The notes beneath the pieces are model-generated. The model was given only the letters and a program-made list of their open reading frames with translations, was not told where the DNA came from and did not search any database. DNA of 37,871 nt from a virus (lineage: Duplodnaviria > Caudoviricetes). Made by a program: the position numbers and the translations under genes. Location: positions 1 through 37,871 of the IMG/VR virus record IMGVR_UViG_3300044674_002189. The stretch is one strand, 5' to 3'. Below, piece after piece: positions 15,195 through 25,377 of this stretch; positions within the stretch are counted from its first letter, which is position 1, and every line of letters begins with the position of its first letter.

Positions 15195-18100
15195 CAGTCC
15201 CCGAACAGGGCGCTGGACAGGCTGCCGGTGGACCCGGAATCTAGTATTGCAGAACTTCCGGTCGCTGTCGCAGGACGATCGGTGATCCACCAGTTGTCTT
15301 CGGACATTCCGTCAGGCCAGTATTCGTACACGGTGCCATCAACCCGCCACTGGTAAACTCCCTGCACCGGGTTGTATCCGGCCTGCACCCACTCTGTCGG
15401 GAGGTAGTACGGAGTGTCGGGGTGTGCCTCGTTGTATGCTTGCCGAACGTCCTTCGGTAGCGACGAGGTGTCCGGGTTGATTTGGTACCCAACGGACAAC
15501 GCCCAGGCTTTGACTTCGGAGAACGGCGAACCGGGCCACACCTCCTTAACGTCTCGGTATGTGATCGTGTTGCCGTCCCGGTCACGGAACACGTCGTCCG
15601 GGTTGTTCAAGTTGTAGTACGCCTTCGTAAGGTTGTTGCTTAGCGGCTCTCCTTCGGCGTTGACCAGCCCGACGGACGTTGCGAGGTCGCCTGATCGCAT
15701 AGACCTAGTGTCATACATATCACCGTTCTCGTCGGCCTGATCGAAGTACCGCACTCCAGCGTCCTCAACCCACTGCTGCCAGTCAGCCAGTGTGATGATG
15801 TTGCCGTCGGAATCCGTGAACGGATCGTCCGGGTTAGCGGCGTTGTAGTGCGCTTTAGTTCGGAAATCCACCACGCCTTCCGGGTCGCCGCCATCTTTAC
15901 TAGGCCGAGTCCACCCAAGCTCCACGGCGTACTCATCTCCCCGGGTTTCCCGAGTCGTGAATCTGCCCTCTAAGTCCTCAACGAGAGCCACCGTCTGTTC
16001 CGGGGACAGCCCTGCCTGGTCAGACCACGCCGCAATGTCTGCCTCCGTGATAATCTCGTACCCGAGGCGCTGTTCCCGTTCCAGTGCTGACAGATATTCT
16101 GGGTCAGTCATCGGGTCAACCCCGAAACGTTCCAGCCGGTCTCGAATAATGAGCGACTCGGCACGGCTGCCGGACACGCCAATGTCTTCTGCGATGTCTG
16201 GAAGTTCCGGGATCAAACCCATCGCTCGAAGGTCTTGCTGAGTTCCGATGTCCACGCCACGACGTTTCGCCTCGTCAAGGATCATGTCTAGTTCGTCGGA
16301 TAGGCCAAAGATTACGGAACGTTGGGCTGCGTCGCCTAGTGGCACCACGTTCCAGCCAAACACGTTCTTTACCAGAGCAGCCCCCAGAGACATGTCTGTC
16401 TGCATCGGGGTCGGGTTGTTTCCCAGGCCAGTTCCAAACAGGCCGCCGGTTCCTTCGAGGGCGCCTCCTGACATTTCAGCGATCATCCGGTCCACCGGCC
16501 CCCACAGAGGCATGATGGCGTCAGCGAACGCCATAATGTCGCCTTCGGTTCCTCGTTCGGAAATGTCTTTGCCGTACCAATTTTCTTCTGATCGGATCTC
16601 GAAAATGTATTCAAACACAGACATCGGGCCGCCGGACATCAGCTGGGTAAGAGCAGCCGCTGTGTCTTTGCCTTCTGTTTCGCCGGGGAGAAGTTCTTTT
16701 AGCCCCGGGATTTGGTCTATGACTTTCCACGCAGCGTTGTACGGGTCGAAGGCTGCGTTGAACACGGATTCGGGGGCCATCGCAACGCCGCCCATTAGCG
16801 CCGTACCCACCACGCCTCGCTCCTTAGCCCATTCAGGAATCAAGCCACGCATTCCGCCGTCCTCATCGTCCTGCGGCACCATCGAACGGTGAGCACGAAG
16901 CTGTCGTGCAGTGCCGGCCGGGTTGTGAATAATAGCCCACGTCTGAAGCGCCGTGTTTTTACGCATGAACGTGTAGAACCTAGAGATGGATCGCATGTGG
17001 GCACGCTCGAACGGGGTCAGATCGCCGTAGTCAAACAGGTAGCGGCGCACGGACGCAGCAGCTTCTTCCGCCGAGAACCCTTTGTTGATGCGATCAATGT
17101 AGTGAGAGAGGCGGGCGTTGTTCTCCACCGCTGTGCCGACAGCACGGCCTCGCCGCACGATGGGGTTGTCCAGCGCCTTGTCGCCAACTACCTGAAGCCC
17201 CTTACCGGCTTTGCCTTTAGGGGTAGCCCGGTACACGTTGCTCAGTTCGTCGGGGGCAAGGTCTTGGAAGAAGCCGTTGCCGATAATGCCTCGATCTCGG
17301 GCACCAATCAGCAATGCCTGATCCCGGGAAGACAGCCCGAGGTGGTCGCTCTTGACAATGTCGTCAAACGACATGCCCGCAAACACAGCGTGGCGGTCGC
17401 CGGTTCCTGACACTGCACCGAGGCGACGGCGCGCCTTTGCGCCAGCGTTCTGAAGCCGTGCGGCGTGCCAGTAAACATCTGGGGTTGTTACCCCCGCCGT
17501 CAAGTTCAACATGATGTTGCCGTAGGCGTTACGCATATGGAACCCGAGGCCGTCGGCCAACGGAACCGTAGCATAGGTGCCCCAGATTTGAGACCATTTG
17601 TCCATAAACGCCCGGAAGTGTGCCAACGTTTCGTCGTTGAACATTACCTTCCGGATGTTGTCGATTTCTTTCGCAATCTCGGGGGTGGTGTAGAGAGGAC
17701 CTCGGGGCGTGTCCACCTTTACCATGCTGAATCCCTTTTCCCGCATGCGAATTTCAAGCTGACGAAACGCCCGATCGTTGTAGCCCACAGCGCCTTCGCC
17801 CCACGCAGCCAGTCTGCGTCCGGTGTTGTCCGTGAGGTCCACCAGCCCGTCCAGCATGTCCATTTGGGCTGCTGCTGTAAACGAAGACTTCGACCGCAAA
17901 GCAAACGCCACCAGCGGGTCGTCTTCAAACAGTTTGACGCCGTCTTCTAGATTGAACAAGTCCCTAGCTAGTTCATTGGCCTCGTCAATCGTAGCCTCCG
18001 GCCACAACGTACGACGCTTCTGATGCATTTGTTCATGCAACGACACAGAACTGTTCGGGTCCAGCTTGAACTTCTCCAGCAGGTAAGCGTTCTCTTTGAC

Positions 18101-20668
18101 CGCTATCTCACCCTCCTGAGTAAGGATTCTAGGAAAGTACCCTTCTCGCAGGAAGTTTTCCGGTAGCCCAGCCATGACCGCAGCATCATCCCCAGCTTTA
18201 CGCAGATCGTGAATAGCCTCCAAGTATTCAGCAGTAGCATGTTTGCCCGTGTTTCGCAACGCCTGAAGTTCCGCAGCTAACAGATCCTCATGATCCAGCT
18301 TTGCCACAACCACCGGGCCGGTAATCGGATCTCCGACCGGGCCGTAAATGTTGCCGGGCTCATCCGTCTTCTCCAACGCCTCTCGAACAATGTCATCCAC
18401 AATCGAAGGATCGTCCTTGAACTCGGAGTAAGCCTCTTTCTTTAGTCTAGTCAAAGCCCCGATGTTGTCATCCAACTGGTTCTCGGCAGTAAACTTCGCT
18501 CGCTGCTGCAACCGATACATGCCTTCAGAGGTTTGAGTGCCCGACGTGCGACGAACACCAGCCCTCGGAGTAAACCGGTCACCGAAGAACTGTCCCGAGG
18601 GTGACTGCCGGATTCGTTGAGCTAGACCCGGGGACACGATACGAGCAATGTGCCCGTTGCCCGGAACGTTCGTGATCCCCCGCACCATCGGGACAACACC
18701 CCAATCGCCGTCGATAAGCTCCCCGATCGCTTTCCAATTCGGTCCCGCAGGGTCCGCTATGTCGAACAGATTAGCTGCGTTAGGGTTGTCTCTGGCAGCA
18801 GCGATCCGTTCCCGCAGGTTACGAATCGCAGCGTACCTGCCGAACCGATCCGACCCGCCGCCGAGCGCTTTGCCCGCCGCCGGCGCCGCGCCTTCTTCCG
18901 AAAGTATTTGGCCTAGCCGGGCATCCAAATGATCCAGCCAGTCCAGCACCTCGCTAGTGCGTGCCGTGTCCAACACGAACCCCTGGTTAGTCCACGACCA
19001 CGGCTCTCCGTTTGCCCGAACCCGGATAGTGTGGAACCCGGATTCCTCCAACGTAGGAATAATGTCGTTCAACAGGCGACTGTTGACATCAACAAGTGAC
19101 CCTGCGGCGTCCGCAGGGGTCACGTCGTCAATAATCGCAGTTCCTTCGTCGTACAACGTAAACCGGCCCGTAGCCATGTTGGTTCCGTCAGGTGCTGACA
19201 CCCCGAACTGGTACCGAGCAGCCGCTGCGGTTTCTGCTGCCGGAGTCAAATCAAGCGGGGAATTTATCAGGTCCCGCAGTTCGTCTCCGTCAATGAACCT
19301 GCCGTCCAGAATACTCACACGCTTACCGAACTGCATGTCAATGGGGCGAATATCGGTCGGGTCAGGCGTTAGCAGTTTGCGGCGGGCAATCTCGTCCGCC
19401 CGTCCGGCGTATTCTACTTTCTGACGGCCCGGGAAGTTTTGAATAGCCTCCGACCCAGGGAGTCTAACTCCGGCTACGTGAACGCCCCGCCCGGATTGAA
19501 TAGCTCGGATAGCTTCCTGCGCTCGGCGGTCCGCTACCTGACTGAAGTCCATTCTGCGAAGCACCTCGTAGGCGGCACGTCTACGGCCTTCCTCCCCGAA
19601 CGCGGTCTCCAAAGATGCAGTTAGCTTACGTTTCAACAGAGCCTGGTCGCTAGCGCTCAAGACAGCATCGAGCCCTTCTCGCTCCACGACTAGGCGGGCG
19701 CCGGTGCCAAACGTTTCCTCTACCATGTTTAGCCCGCCCTTTGCGGACGCCCCTCCGAGGGTGAGGTAGTTGAGCGGGTCAAATAGTTCGCCGCCAACGA
19801 AGTTCGCTATCTCAAATATGACCCCGCCGATCCGTCCGCCTTTGCCGGAAGAGTTCGGGTTGTAGCCGAGCGCTTCGGCAAAGTCCATCCACCCGTTGCT
19901 GTCGATATCCCATCGGGCAAGTTCCCGGTCAACAGCCCCACCTTCGGTGTCGATCATTCCTAGTGTGGCAGGTTCAGCTACTCCTTCGGCCAGGATCATT
20001 AGTGCGTCGCCAATGCGTCCGTTCCTAGCAGCAGACATTGTGTTGAGCGCGGTTTGTTGCATGTGCGACATGCCGATAGCTAGGGGCTGGCCTACGTATT
20101 TGCCGAACGGGTTGTCGCCAAACCCCCAATCAACGGCGGTGCCGCCAAACTGTTTAGCCGTGTCCACAAATCGGTTACCGAAGTTGTCGAATCCGGATTC
20201 TTCGTCTGTGAACTTTGCCAGCCCGTACTGTGCCCACATTTCTGGGGGCACAACATCGGATGCCGCAAGCATGATTTCTTCCGCAGAAGATTTAATGTCT
20301 TCGTCGTCTGAGTAATATAGGCGGGCCAATGTGCCTACCATGTCTCGGAGCTGCTGGTCATCGTCACCGGTCGGAACGGCTTGGTGTTCAACAACCCATT
20401 CGATGACCCGCATGCCCCGGTCTACGTCAACGTTGTCGGTGCTGAACGCTTGCGTAGGCTGCGGATCAGCAGCAGGCTGTTGGCCTGTTGCCCACTCAAG
20501 CAAGCTAGGAGCGTTAGATGTTGTGGCAGGGGCAGGGGTGACCTGCTGGGGCTGGCTGGTGTTTCCGGTGGCCCACTCTAACAGGCCGGGCCCGGACGTG
20601 GTGGTCGTCGGTGTCCCGGTAGATGATTGAGCCCCCGAGGGGGAGATGCCGAAGGCGGCGGATAGCAC
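15194..20668 (-). CDS. giant internal virion / DNA ejection protein (1824 aa)
   Basis: Last gene of the structural arm; GFHMRNAYGN, ENNARL..Y, LFDYGDLTPFER and FYTFMRKN motifs typical of podoviral large internal proteins; exact start uncertain. Confidence 0.75.
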   Translation of the reverse strand: MLSAAFGISPSGAQSSTGTPTTTTSGPGLLEWATGNTSQPQQVTPAPATTSNAPSLLEWATGQQPAADPQPTQAFSTDNVDVDRGMRVIEWVVEHQAVPTGDDDQQLRDMVGTLARLYYSDDEDIKSSAEEIMLAASDVVPPEMWAQYGLAKFTDEESGFDNFGNRFVDTAKQFGGTAVDWGFGDNPFGKYVGQPLAIGMSHMQQTALNTMSAARNGRIGDALMILAEGVAEPATLGMIDTEGGAVDRELARWDIDSNGWMDFAEALGYNPNSSGKGGRIGGVIFEIANFVGGELFDPLNYLTLGGASAKGGLNMVEETFGTGARLVVEREGLDAVLSASDQALLKRKLTASLETAFGEEGRRRAAYEVLRRMDFSQVADRRAQEAIRAIQSGRGVHVAGVRLPGSEAIQNFPGRQKVEYAGRADEIARRKLLTPDPTDIRPIDMQFGKRVSILDGRFIDGDELRDLINSPLDLTPAAETAAAARYQFGVSAPDGTNMATGRFTLYDEGTAIIDDVTPADAAGSLVDVNSRLLNDIIPTLEESGFHTIRVRANGEPWSWTNQGFVLDTARTSEVLDWLDHLDARLGQILSEEGAAPAAGKALGGGSDRFGRYAAIRNLRERIAAARDNPNAANLFDIADPAGPNWKAIGELIDGDWGVVPMVRGITNVPGNGHIARIVSPGLAQRIRQSPSGQFFGDRFTPRAGVRRTSGTQTSEGMYRLQQRAKFTAENQLDDNIGALTRLKKEAYSEFKDDPSIVDDIVREALEKTDEPGNIYGPVGDPITGPVVVAKLDHEDLLAAELQALRNTGKHATAEYLEAIHDLRKAGDDAAVMAGLPENFLREGYFPRILTQEGEIAVKENAYLLEKFKLDPNSSVSLHEQMHQKRRTLWPEATIDEANELARDLFNLEDGVKLFEDDPLVAFALRSKSSFTAAAQMDMLDGLVDLTDNTGRRLAAWGEGAVGYNDRAFRQLEIRMREKGFSMVKVDTPRGPLYTTPEIAKEIDNIRKVMFNDETLAHFRAFMDKWSQIWGTYATVPLADGLGFHMRNAYGNIMLNLTAGVTTPDVYWHAARLQNAGAKARRRLGAVSGTGDRHAVFAGMSFDDIVKSDHLGLSSRDQALLIGARDRGIIGNGFFQDLAPDELSNVYRATPKGKAGKGLQVVGDKALDNPIVRRGRAVGTAVENNARLSHYIDRINKGFSAEEAAASVRRYLFDYGDLTPFERAHMRSISRFYTFMRKNTALQTWAIIHNPAGTARQLRAHRSMVPQDDEDGGMRGLIPEWAKERGVVGTALMGGVAMAPESVFNAAFDPYNAAWKVIDQIPGLKELLPGETEGKDTAAALTQLMSGGPMSVFEYIFEIRSEENWYGKDISERGTEGDIMAFADAIMPLWGPVDRMIAEMSGGALEGTGGLFGTGLGNNPTPMQTDMSLGAALVKNVFGWNVVPLGDAAQRSVIFGLSDELDMILDEAKRRGVDIGTQQDLRAMGLIPELPDIAEDIGVSGSRAESLIIRDRLERFGVDPMTDPEYLSALEREQRLGYEIITEADIAAWSDQAGLSPEQTVALVEDLEGRFTTRETRGDEYAVELGWTRPSKDGGDPEGVVDFRTKAHYNAANPDDPFTDSDGNIITLADWQQWVEDAGVRYFDQADENGDMYDTRSMRSGDLATSVGLVNAEGEPLSNNLTKAYYNLNNPDDVFRDRDGNTITYRDVKEVWPGSPFSEVKAWALSVGYQINPDTSSLPKDVRQAYNEAHPDTPYYLPTEWVQAGYNPVQGVYQWRVDGTVYEYWPDGMSEDNWWITDRPATATGSSAILDSGSTGSLSSALFGD

Positions 20669-20681
20669 GGCGAGTACCTGC

Positions 20682-21542
20682 CTATCTGACGTTTAGGCTG
20701 CTGGAGAGTGGGCGTGGCGCCGTCCCAACCCCGGGGGTGGGAAGATACGGGCCGGTGATTCCTGGCCCCATGCCGGCGGCCGGATCGTATGTGATTTCTT
20801 GTCCCTTGAATACGGATTCCCACTTAGCTGTGTATAGAGAAAGCAGATCCATCGCCTCGTTGGGGCTTAGCTGCTTTTCAGTGGTCAGGTATGTGTAAAC
20901 CTCTCGGCGGGCTTGTTCCCACGTGTACCCCGAGTCTAGGTAATGCTGGAAAGCCGCATCGCTTTGCGCATCGAACATATCTACTGTGTCTGTGTGCGTC
21001 TGTACCACAGAGGCAAGCCGGTCTTGCTGTCCAGTAGTGAGCATACTCCACCACGGATCTAAAGGATTGTCTCCGGTGTCGGGTCCGGTTCCCGGCCCGT
21101 CAGGGAGCCTGGGGGTAAGTCCGCTAGCCGACGCCGACGTTGCAGAAGCCGCAAGCGCATTAGCCCGAGCAGCATCAACCGCAGCCCGGTACTCGTCCAG
21201 CGCAAACACAGACGCATCAACAACGCCCTGATGATCGTCAAACCAAACATCGCTGTATTCGCCTTCACGCCCACGGCCCTCCTCAAAGATAGCCCGCTGC
21301 GCTTCAGCGTAAAGAGAACCCGCCTCCGAAGGGGCGTTCGTGCGTGCAGACAGGTCAGCTAGCGCTTCCGGCGGAATGTCTACCGGGTCAGCGGCCATCG
21401 CTGCTTGCGCAGCCGCAGCGTAATCATACTGGGGTTGGACCGTAGTTTCTTTGATCTCGTGCCCTCGGTCCGTGCGAGTAGCGAGCGCCCGAACAATGTC
21501 CCGACGTTCACCTTCGCTCATGTTGCGATCAAGTTCAGCCAT
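20682..21542 (-). CDS. putative internal virion protein
   Basis: Ala-rich helical 286 aa ORF in the ejection-protein position. Confidence 0.6.
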   Translation of the reverse strand: MAELDRNMSEGERRDIVRALATRTDRGHEIKETTVQPQYDYAAAAQAAMAADPVDIPPEALADLSARTNAPSEAGSLYAEAQRAIFEEGRGREGEYSDVWFDDHQGVVDASVFALDEYRAAVDAARANALAASATSASASGLTPRLPDGPGTGPDTGDNPLDPWWSMLTTGQQDRLASVVQTHTDTVDMFDAQSDAAFQHYLDSGYTWEQARREVYTYLTTEKQLSPNEAMDLLSLYTAKWESVFKGQEITYDPAAGMGPGITGPYLPTPGVGTAPRPLSSSLNVR

Positions 21543-21571
21543 TATGAATCTCGTCTTCGGGTCGTTGCTGA

Positions 21572-22366
21572 CTAGCGGTAGTTGGAGCCCCAGCCGCCGG
21601 TGCCGGATCTCCTCGTGGTAGTGGTGTTGCTAGTAGAAGTAGTGGATGTTCTAGGTTGCGTGTACGTTGGGCTAGAGTAGCTAGGTGCCGGGCTGGTAGA
21701 TGTGGCGCCAGTAGCGATCTCATTGGCCGCCGCCTCCGTCGCCATTTGCAAACGCATAGCCGCCGCCTCACGAGACAGCCCCAACCGCTCCTGCTCCAAC
21801 CGGCGCTGCAACTCCTCCTGCGCCCGCTGAGCCGTGTACTGCTCCTGCTCCAAATCAAACCCGATACGTTCCCGAGTTTTAGCTTCACGATTCAGGCGGG
21901 TACCGGACCGGAACAACCCCCGGTTCTCGAAATCCATTTGCGTGCCCTCAATGGCCCGGTCAGTTGCCCGAGCGTACGCTTCGCTGCGCCGGCGGGCGTC
22001 TTCCTGAAACAACGACTGACGCAACGCAATCTCGTCGTCGATCTGCGATTCGGACAACCCCTGAGCCTGCAGAAACGCAGCGTACGCAGGGTTCTGAGCT
22101 TTCCGCTGCTCATCCGCCGACTGCATTGCGGCTTCTGCCGCAGCCTCCGCCGCCGCCTGCCGCAGGGCTGCCTTCTGCTCCTCAGTAGCAGTCAAAGAGA
22201 ACTGCTTGAGCGCTTCACGTTCCTCTAAAGGAGCGGTCGCAGCAAAGTTCCTAAGTTCTTCTTGCTCCTGCGGGGTCGCTGTTGCAGCAAACTGTCTAAG
22301 AACCTCAAGCTCTTCTGGCGGCAACGCAGCAAGAGCCGCCATCTCTGCGGAAGTTAGTAGAGCCAT
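21572..22366 (-). CDS. putative internal virion (ejection) protein
   Basis: Coiled-coil with the NRGLFRSG motif seen in small ejection proteins; Ser/Thr-rich tail. Confidence 0.65.
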   Translation of the reverse strand: MALLTSAEMAALAALPPEELEVLRQFAATATPQEQEELRNFAATAPLEEREALKQFSLTATEEQKAALRQAAAEAAAEAAMQSADEQRKAQNPAYAAFLQAQGLSESQIDDEIALRQSLFQEDARRRSEAYARATDRAIEGTQMDFENRGLFRSGTRLNREAKTRERIGFDLEQEQYTAQRAQEELQRRLEQERLGLSREAAAMRLQMATEAAANEIATGATSTSPAPSYSSPTYTQPRTSTTSTSNTTTTRRSGTGGWGSNYR

Positions 22367-22369
22367 TGG

Positions 22370-22516
22370 TCATTCCTGTTCGTCTGCTGCGCGCCGGTCG
22401 GTGAGTTCGATTTGCATAGCGATGATCGCTATTTGGGTTTGGATCGGTTCTGGTGCTGCTTTGATCGCTGCTAATAGTTGTTCGTCGGTGAAAGTGATGG
22501 GGGTCGGCTCATTCAT
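22370..22516 (-). CDS. 48-aa hypothetical protein (below the ORF-track cutoff)
   Basis: MNEPTPITFTDEQLLAAIKAAPEPIQTQIAIIAMQIELTDRRAADEQE; preceded by TGA-TAGGCT-N6-ATG. Confidence 0.7.
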   Translation of the reverse strand: MNEPTPITFTDEQLLAAIKAAPEPIQTQIAIIAMQIELTDRRAADEQE

Positions 22517-22531
22517 GCCCTAAGCCTATCA
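22514..22531 (-). promoter_or_regulatory. extended -10 leaderless promoter
   Basis: TGA-TAGGCT-TAGGGC-ATG. Confidence 0.7.
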
Positions 22532-23767
22532 CACCGGTCTATTGCTTTGAGCTTCTAGCAAATGTATGCGCTGCCGCAAATCTTTGACTGCTAGCACTAG
22601 CAGAGACAGGTACGAGTTTCTGTCTATACCGGTAAGGATTTGATTACCGTCTTTGTCTGTTCCGTGAACGCCAAGAAACGGAGAGATGGCGTCCATCTCT
22701 TCAGCCATCGGGCCGATTTCTGGAAAGTCAGGTGCGTGATCTCGGGTCCACATTTTAGGCACGACTTGGTCCACCATGTCGGGGGTGAGCCAGCCTTCCA
22801 AATCTGTTTGAACTTTTCGTTTGCCTACGTCGGTAGAGGTGTTGTTTCTCAAGACTTGTACGCCGAAGACGGTGCCCCATTCTGCGGGGGTTCCTGACGT
22901 TGTCGGGGGGCTGTTAGCCACGTATGATCCTCCGGCCGTGGGGACGTACACGTTAGAGGACTGGATTTGGAACCGTGAGGTTCCGCCAGTGGAGAACCCG
23001 ATTTCGTCTGTGCCGTACCGGTACATTCCGGTGTTGGTGTCTGAACTGAAACTAAACGACGGGGTCCCTGCCGACCCAGAAGCCCCCCGCAACTGGTACG
23101 GGAGAATCATGTTTCTACCGGTGTTGAACGACATGCACAACGTGCCAAGATAAGTTACCGACACCCCGTTGACCCCGCCCACGTACGCATCCCACGACCC
23201 CGCATTGAGTCCAATATATTCTGCGGTCGCTGCGTTTTCTGCTTCGCCGTTTAGTGTGATTTCTGCGTACGCCCGGCTAGCCGTGTCGTACGCTGGGCTG
23301 CGGAGAACGAGCGACCAAAACTCGTTAGCCGCCGTTCTATTTGATGGAATAATGCCAACTTCGCCTTCGTCGTAGCCAGTGGTGGAGGGAGCAAAGAACC
23401 ATCCAGCGTTGTGCGTGGACAGCCACGAACGCACCTGAGAGCCCACCGATGTGTTGAGAGTCAAACCTCCGCCTAATGACGCTTCGACCGTAACATCGCC
23501 GTTTACGGTCGTGTCGCCATTCAACGTAGTGATACCGTTCACCACCAGATCCCCGTCAAACGTGTACGTACCCGCAGCATCAAACGTCAAATCTCCGTCA
23601 TCGTTCGCTGCCGTCACACAAAACCGGTTAATAAACTCTTCAACGTCACGCAACATGCCGTCGCCAACACCGCCCGCCTTCCGACGAACCGGCGCCTCAA
23701 CCTCCGGCAACAACGTCTTCACAAACGAATCAAACCCCGTCGTGTACGTAAACGTCCTGCCGCTCAT
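22529..23767 (-). CDS. tail fibre/spike with S74-like C-terminal chaperone
   Basis: GSAGTPSFSFSSDTNTGMY...IGFSTGG fibre motif; C-terminal TS...K...GPMAEE...LVLAVKDL coiled coil. Confidence 0.75.
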   Translation of the reverse strand: MSGRTFTYTTGFDSFVKTLLPEVEAPVRRKAGGVGDGMLRDVEEFINRFCVTAANDDGDLTFDAAGTYTFDGDLVVNGITTLNGDTTVNGDVTVEASLGGGLTLNTSVGSQVRSWLSTHNAGWFFAPSTTGYDEGEVGIIPSNRTAANEFWSLVLRSPAYDTASRAYAEITLNGEAENAATAEYIGLNAGSWDAYVGGVNGVSVTYLGTLCMSFNTGRNMILPYQLRGASGSAGTPSFSFSSDTNTGMYRYGTDEIGFSTGGTSRFQIQSSNVYVPTAGGSYVANSPPTTSGTPAEWGTVFGVQVLRNNTSTDVGKRKVQTDLEGWLTPDMVDQVVPKMWTRDHAPDFPEIGPMAEEMDAISPFLGVHGTDKDGNQILTGIDRNSYLSLLVLAVKDLRQRIHLLEAQSNRPV

Positions 23768-25377
23768 CGAATATCGTCCTGCTCATCGTAATACACCTGA
23801 ACCGTGTCAATAGCCACATTGTCAAACGTCAAACGGATACGGAACCGTGTACCAAACTGAAGGTTCGGCAACGCCACCGCCACCCGCCGCTTGTACGGAA
23901 CATCCCCCACCGTGTCCGTCCACCCCGAAGTCGTCACCGCCTGCTGAGCCATCACATCCTCCGGCGTAGCAGCCTCCGTGCCGTACACGGTAGCGTCCAC
24001 CGCAAACTCAGGTGCCGAATAGTTGCCGCCCTTCCAATAATCAATGTCGGCAACAACCTTCACCGGACGCACCACCATCCCCTGCCCGGCGGCGTGCTCA
24101 CCCAAATCAACGACCACATCCGTACCAGACGCAGTGTCCGCCTCCAACCCGAGCGCCACGCTCAACGAATCTCCCGAATTAGCGGGACGGTTCAACGTGT
24201 AATTGCGGGAATACATAGCAAAATCGGTTGCGTTATCGACCGCGCAATACAACTCGTTCGGGCGGCCCTTCGAAAACACGACGTCTTCCGTCGTAGACTG
24301 ACGCACCCACCGGCTCAACGTAAACACCTGGTTCGTGCGTTCCACCGCAAGAATGCTCGTGTCGTTAGACAACTTCCTGCCCGGCAAAAACAGCGACCCG
24401 TTCACGTCGTCGCCGCAACCCGACTGCGGCATAAACGAGTTAGACGGACGAGATTCGGTAGACCCCGGATATGCGAGCGGAGACAAATGCGCCAGCTGCT
24501 CCGTTTCAACAAACCCCGGCGCCGCAGCCACAATCCCGTGCCCCGTAGGAGACAAGAACCAGACCGTGTTGTCCACGACCGTAGCGGTCGCATGCAACGG
24601 AACAACGTCCTTACCTAACTCTTTCAACGTGCCGTTCTCCGGCGACGCGCCCGTCAACACCAGCCAACGGTTATCTTTGCATGCGATCAGCAGCGAGTTC
24701 TTCACAGACCACAACCCGATCGGGGCGCCTGCGACCGAGTCCACGTCAGCGTTAATATCAAAGAACGATGTAGAACCAATCGTTGAGAAATCGGCTGCGT
24801 TAGAGTAAAAGATGCGGCCAGGTTTCGACGCGATCCCGTAATAGTATGCACGTTCACGGTTCACGACCGCAGCCCGAGCGTCGCCGGACGCTGTCGTCAC
24901 AGCCGACACGGTACCGATCGTCGTGGCCGTAGCAAACAGCAGGTACGGCCCGATCGACGTAATGATCGACCCGTCGTTAGCTACCGGGGCCTTCGGGGAA
25001 TCGTCGTACAAGGCGGGAGAAAGTTCTGCGCCGGTGTCAGCCAAATCAGCCAACGCCCGAAGGTTGTTGTCCCACGACCCCGAATCCAAATCGAACGTGT
25101 CGAAAGCGTGAGCGGTAGCGGTCGTGTCGTACACGACAACGGCAAGGTTTTGTCCGCCGTCCGTTTCAGGATACCATTGAACGCCGACGAGTTCGTCGGC
25201 GGCCTGATCCATGCCGGGCGTGCCCGACTCGGTGATTTCTTTCCACCCCGGGCGGGGACCCAACGTGCCGTTTTCGTAAAGTTGGGCGTTCTCCGAGTTG
25301 TATTCGGCCGCTGCCGGGTCCGCTGACCCGGAGCTTCCTTGCCGCCAGTCCCGGTAGATCCGTACCGACTGGCGCAT
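23764..25377 (-). CDS. tail nozzle / stabilisation protein (podovirus type)
   Basis: TGATG-coupled start; EN......G.L..RPG N-terminal motif and RIFYSN beta-propeller-like segments; follows the adaptor. Confidence 0.7.
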   Translation of the reverse strand: MRQSVRIYRDWRQGSSGSADPAAAEYNSENAQLYENGTLGPRPGWKEITESGTPGMDQAADELVGVQWYPETDGGQNLAVVVYDTTATAHAFDTFDLDSGSWDNNLRALADLADTGAELSPALYDDSPKAPVANDGSIITSIGPYLLFATATTIGTVSAVTTASGDARAAVVNRERAYYYGIASKPGRIFYSNAADFSTIGSTSFFDINADVDSVAGAPIGLWSVKNSLLIACKDNRWLVLTGASPENGTLKELGKDVVPLHATATVVDNTVWFLSPTGHGIVAAAPGFVETEQLAHLSPLAYPGSTESRPSNSFMPQSGCGDDVNGSLFLPGRKLSNDTSILAVERTNQVFTLSRWVRQSTTEDVVFSKGRPNELYCAVDNATDFAMYSRNYTLNRPANSGDSLSVALGLEADTASGTDVVVDLGEHAAGQGMVVRPVKVVADIDYWKGGNYSAPEFAVDATVYGTEAATPEDVMAQQAVTTSGWTDTVGDVPYKRRVAVALPNLQFGTRFRIRLTFDNVAIDTVQVYYDEQDDIR

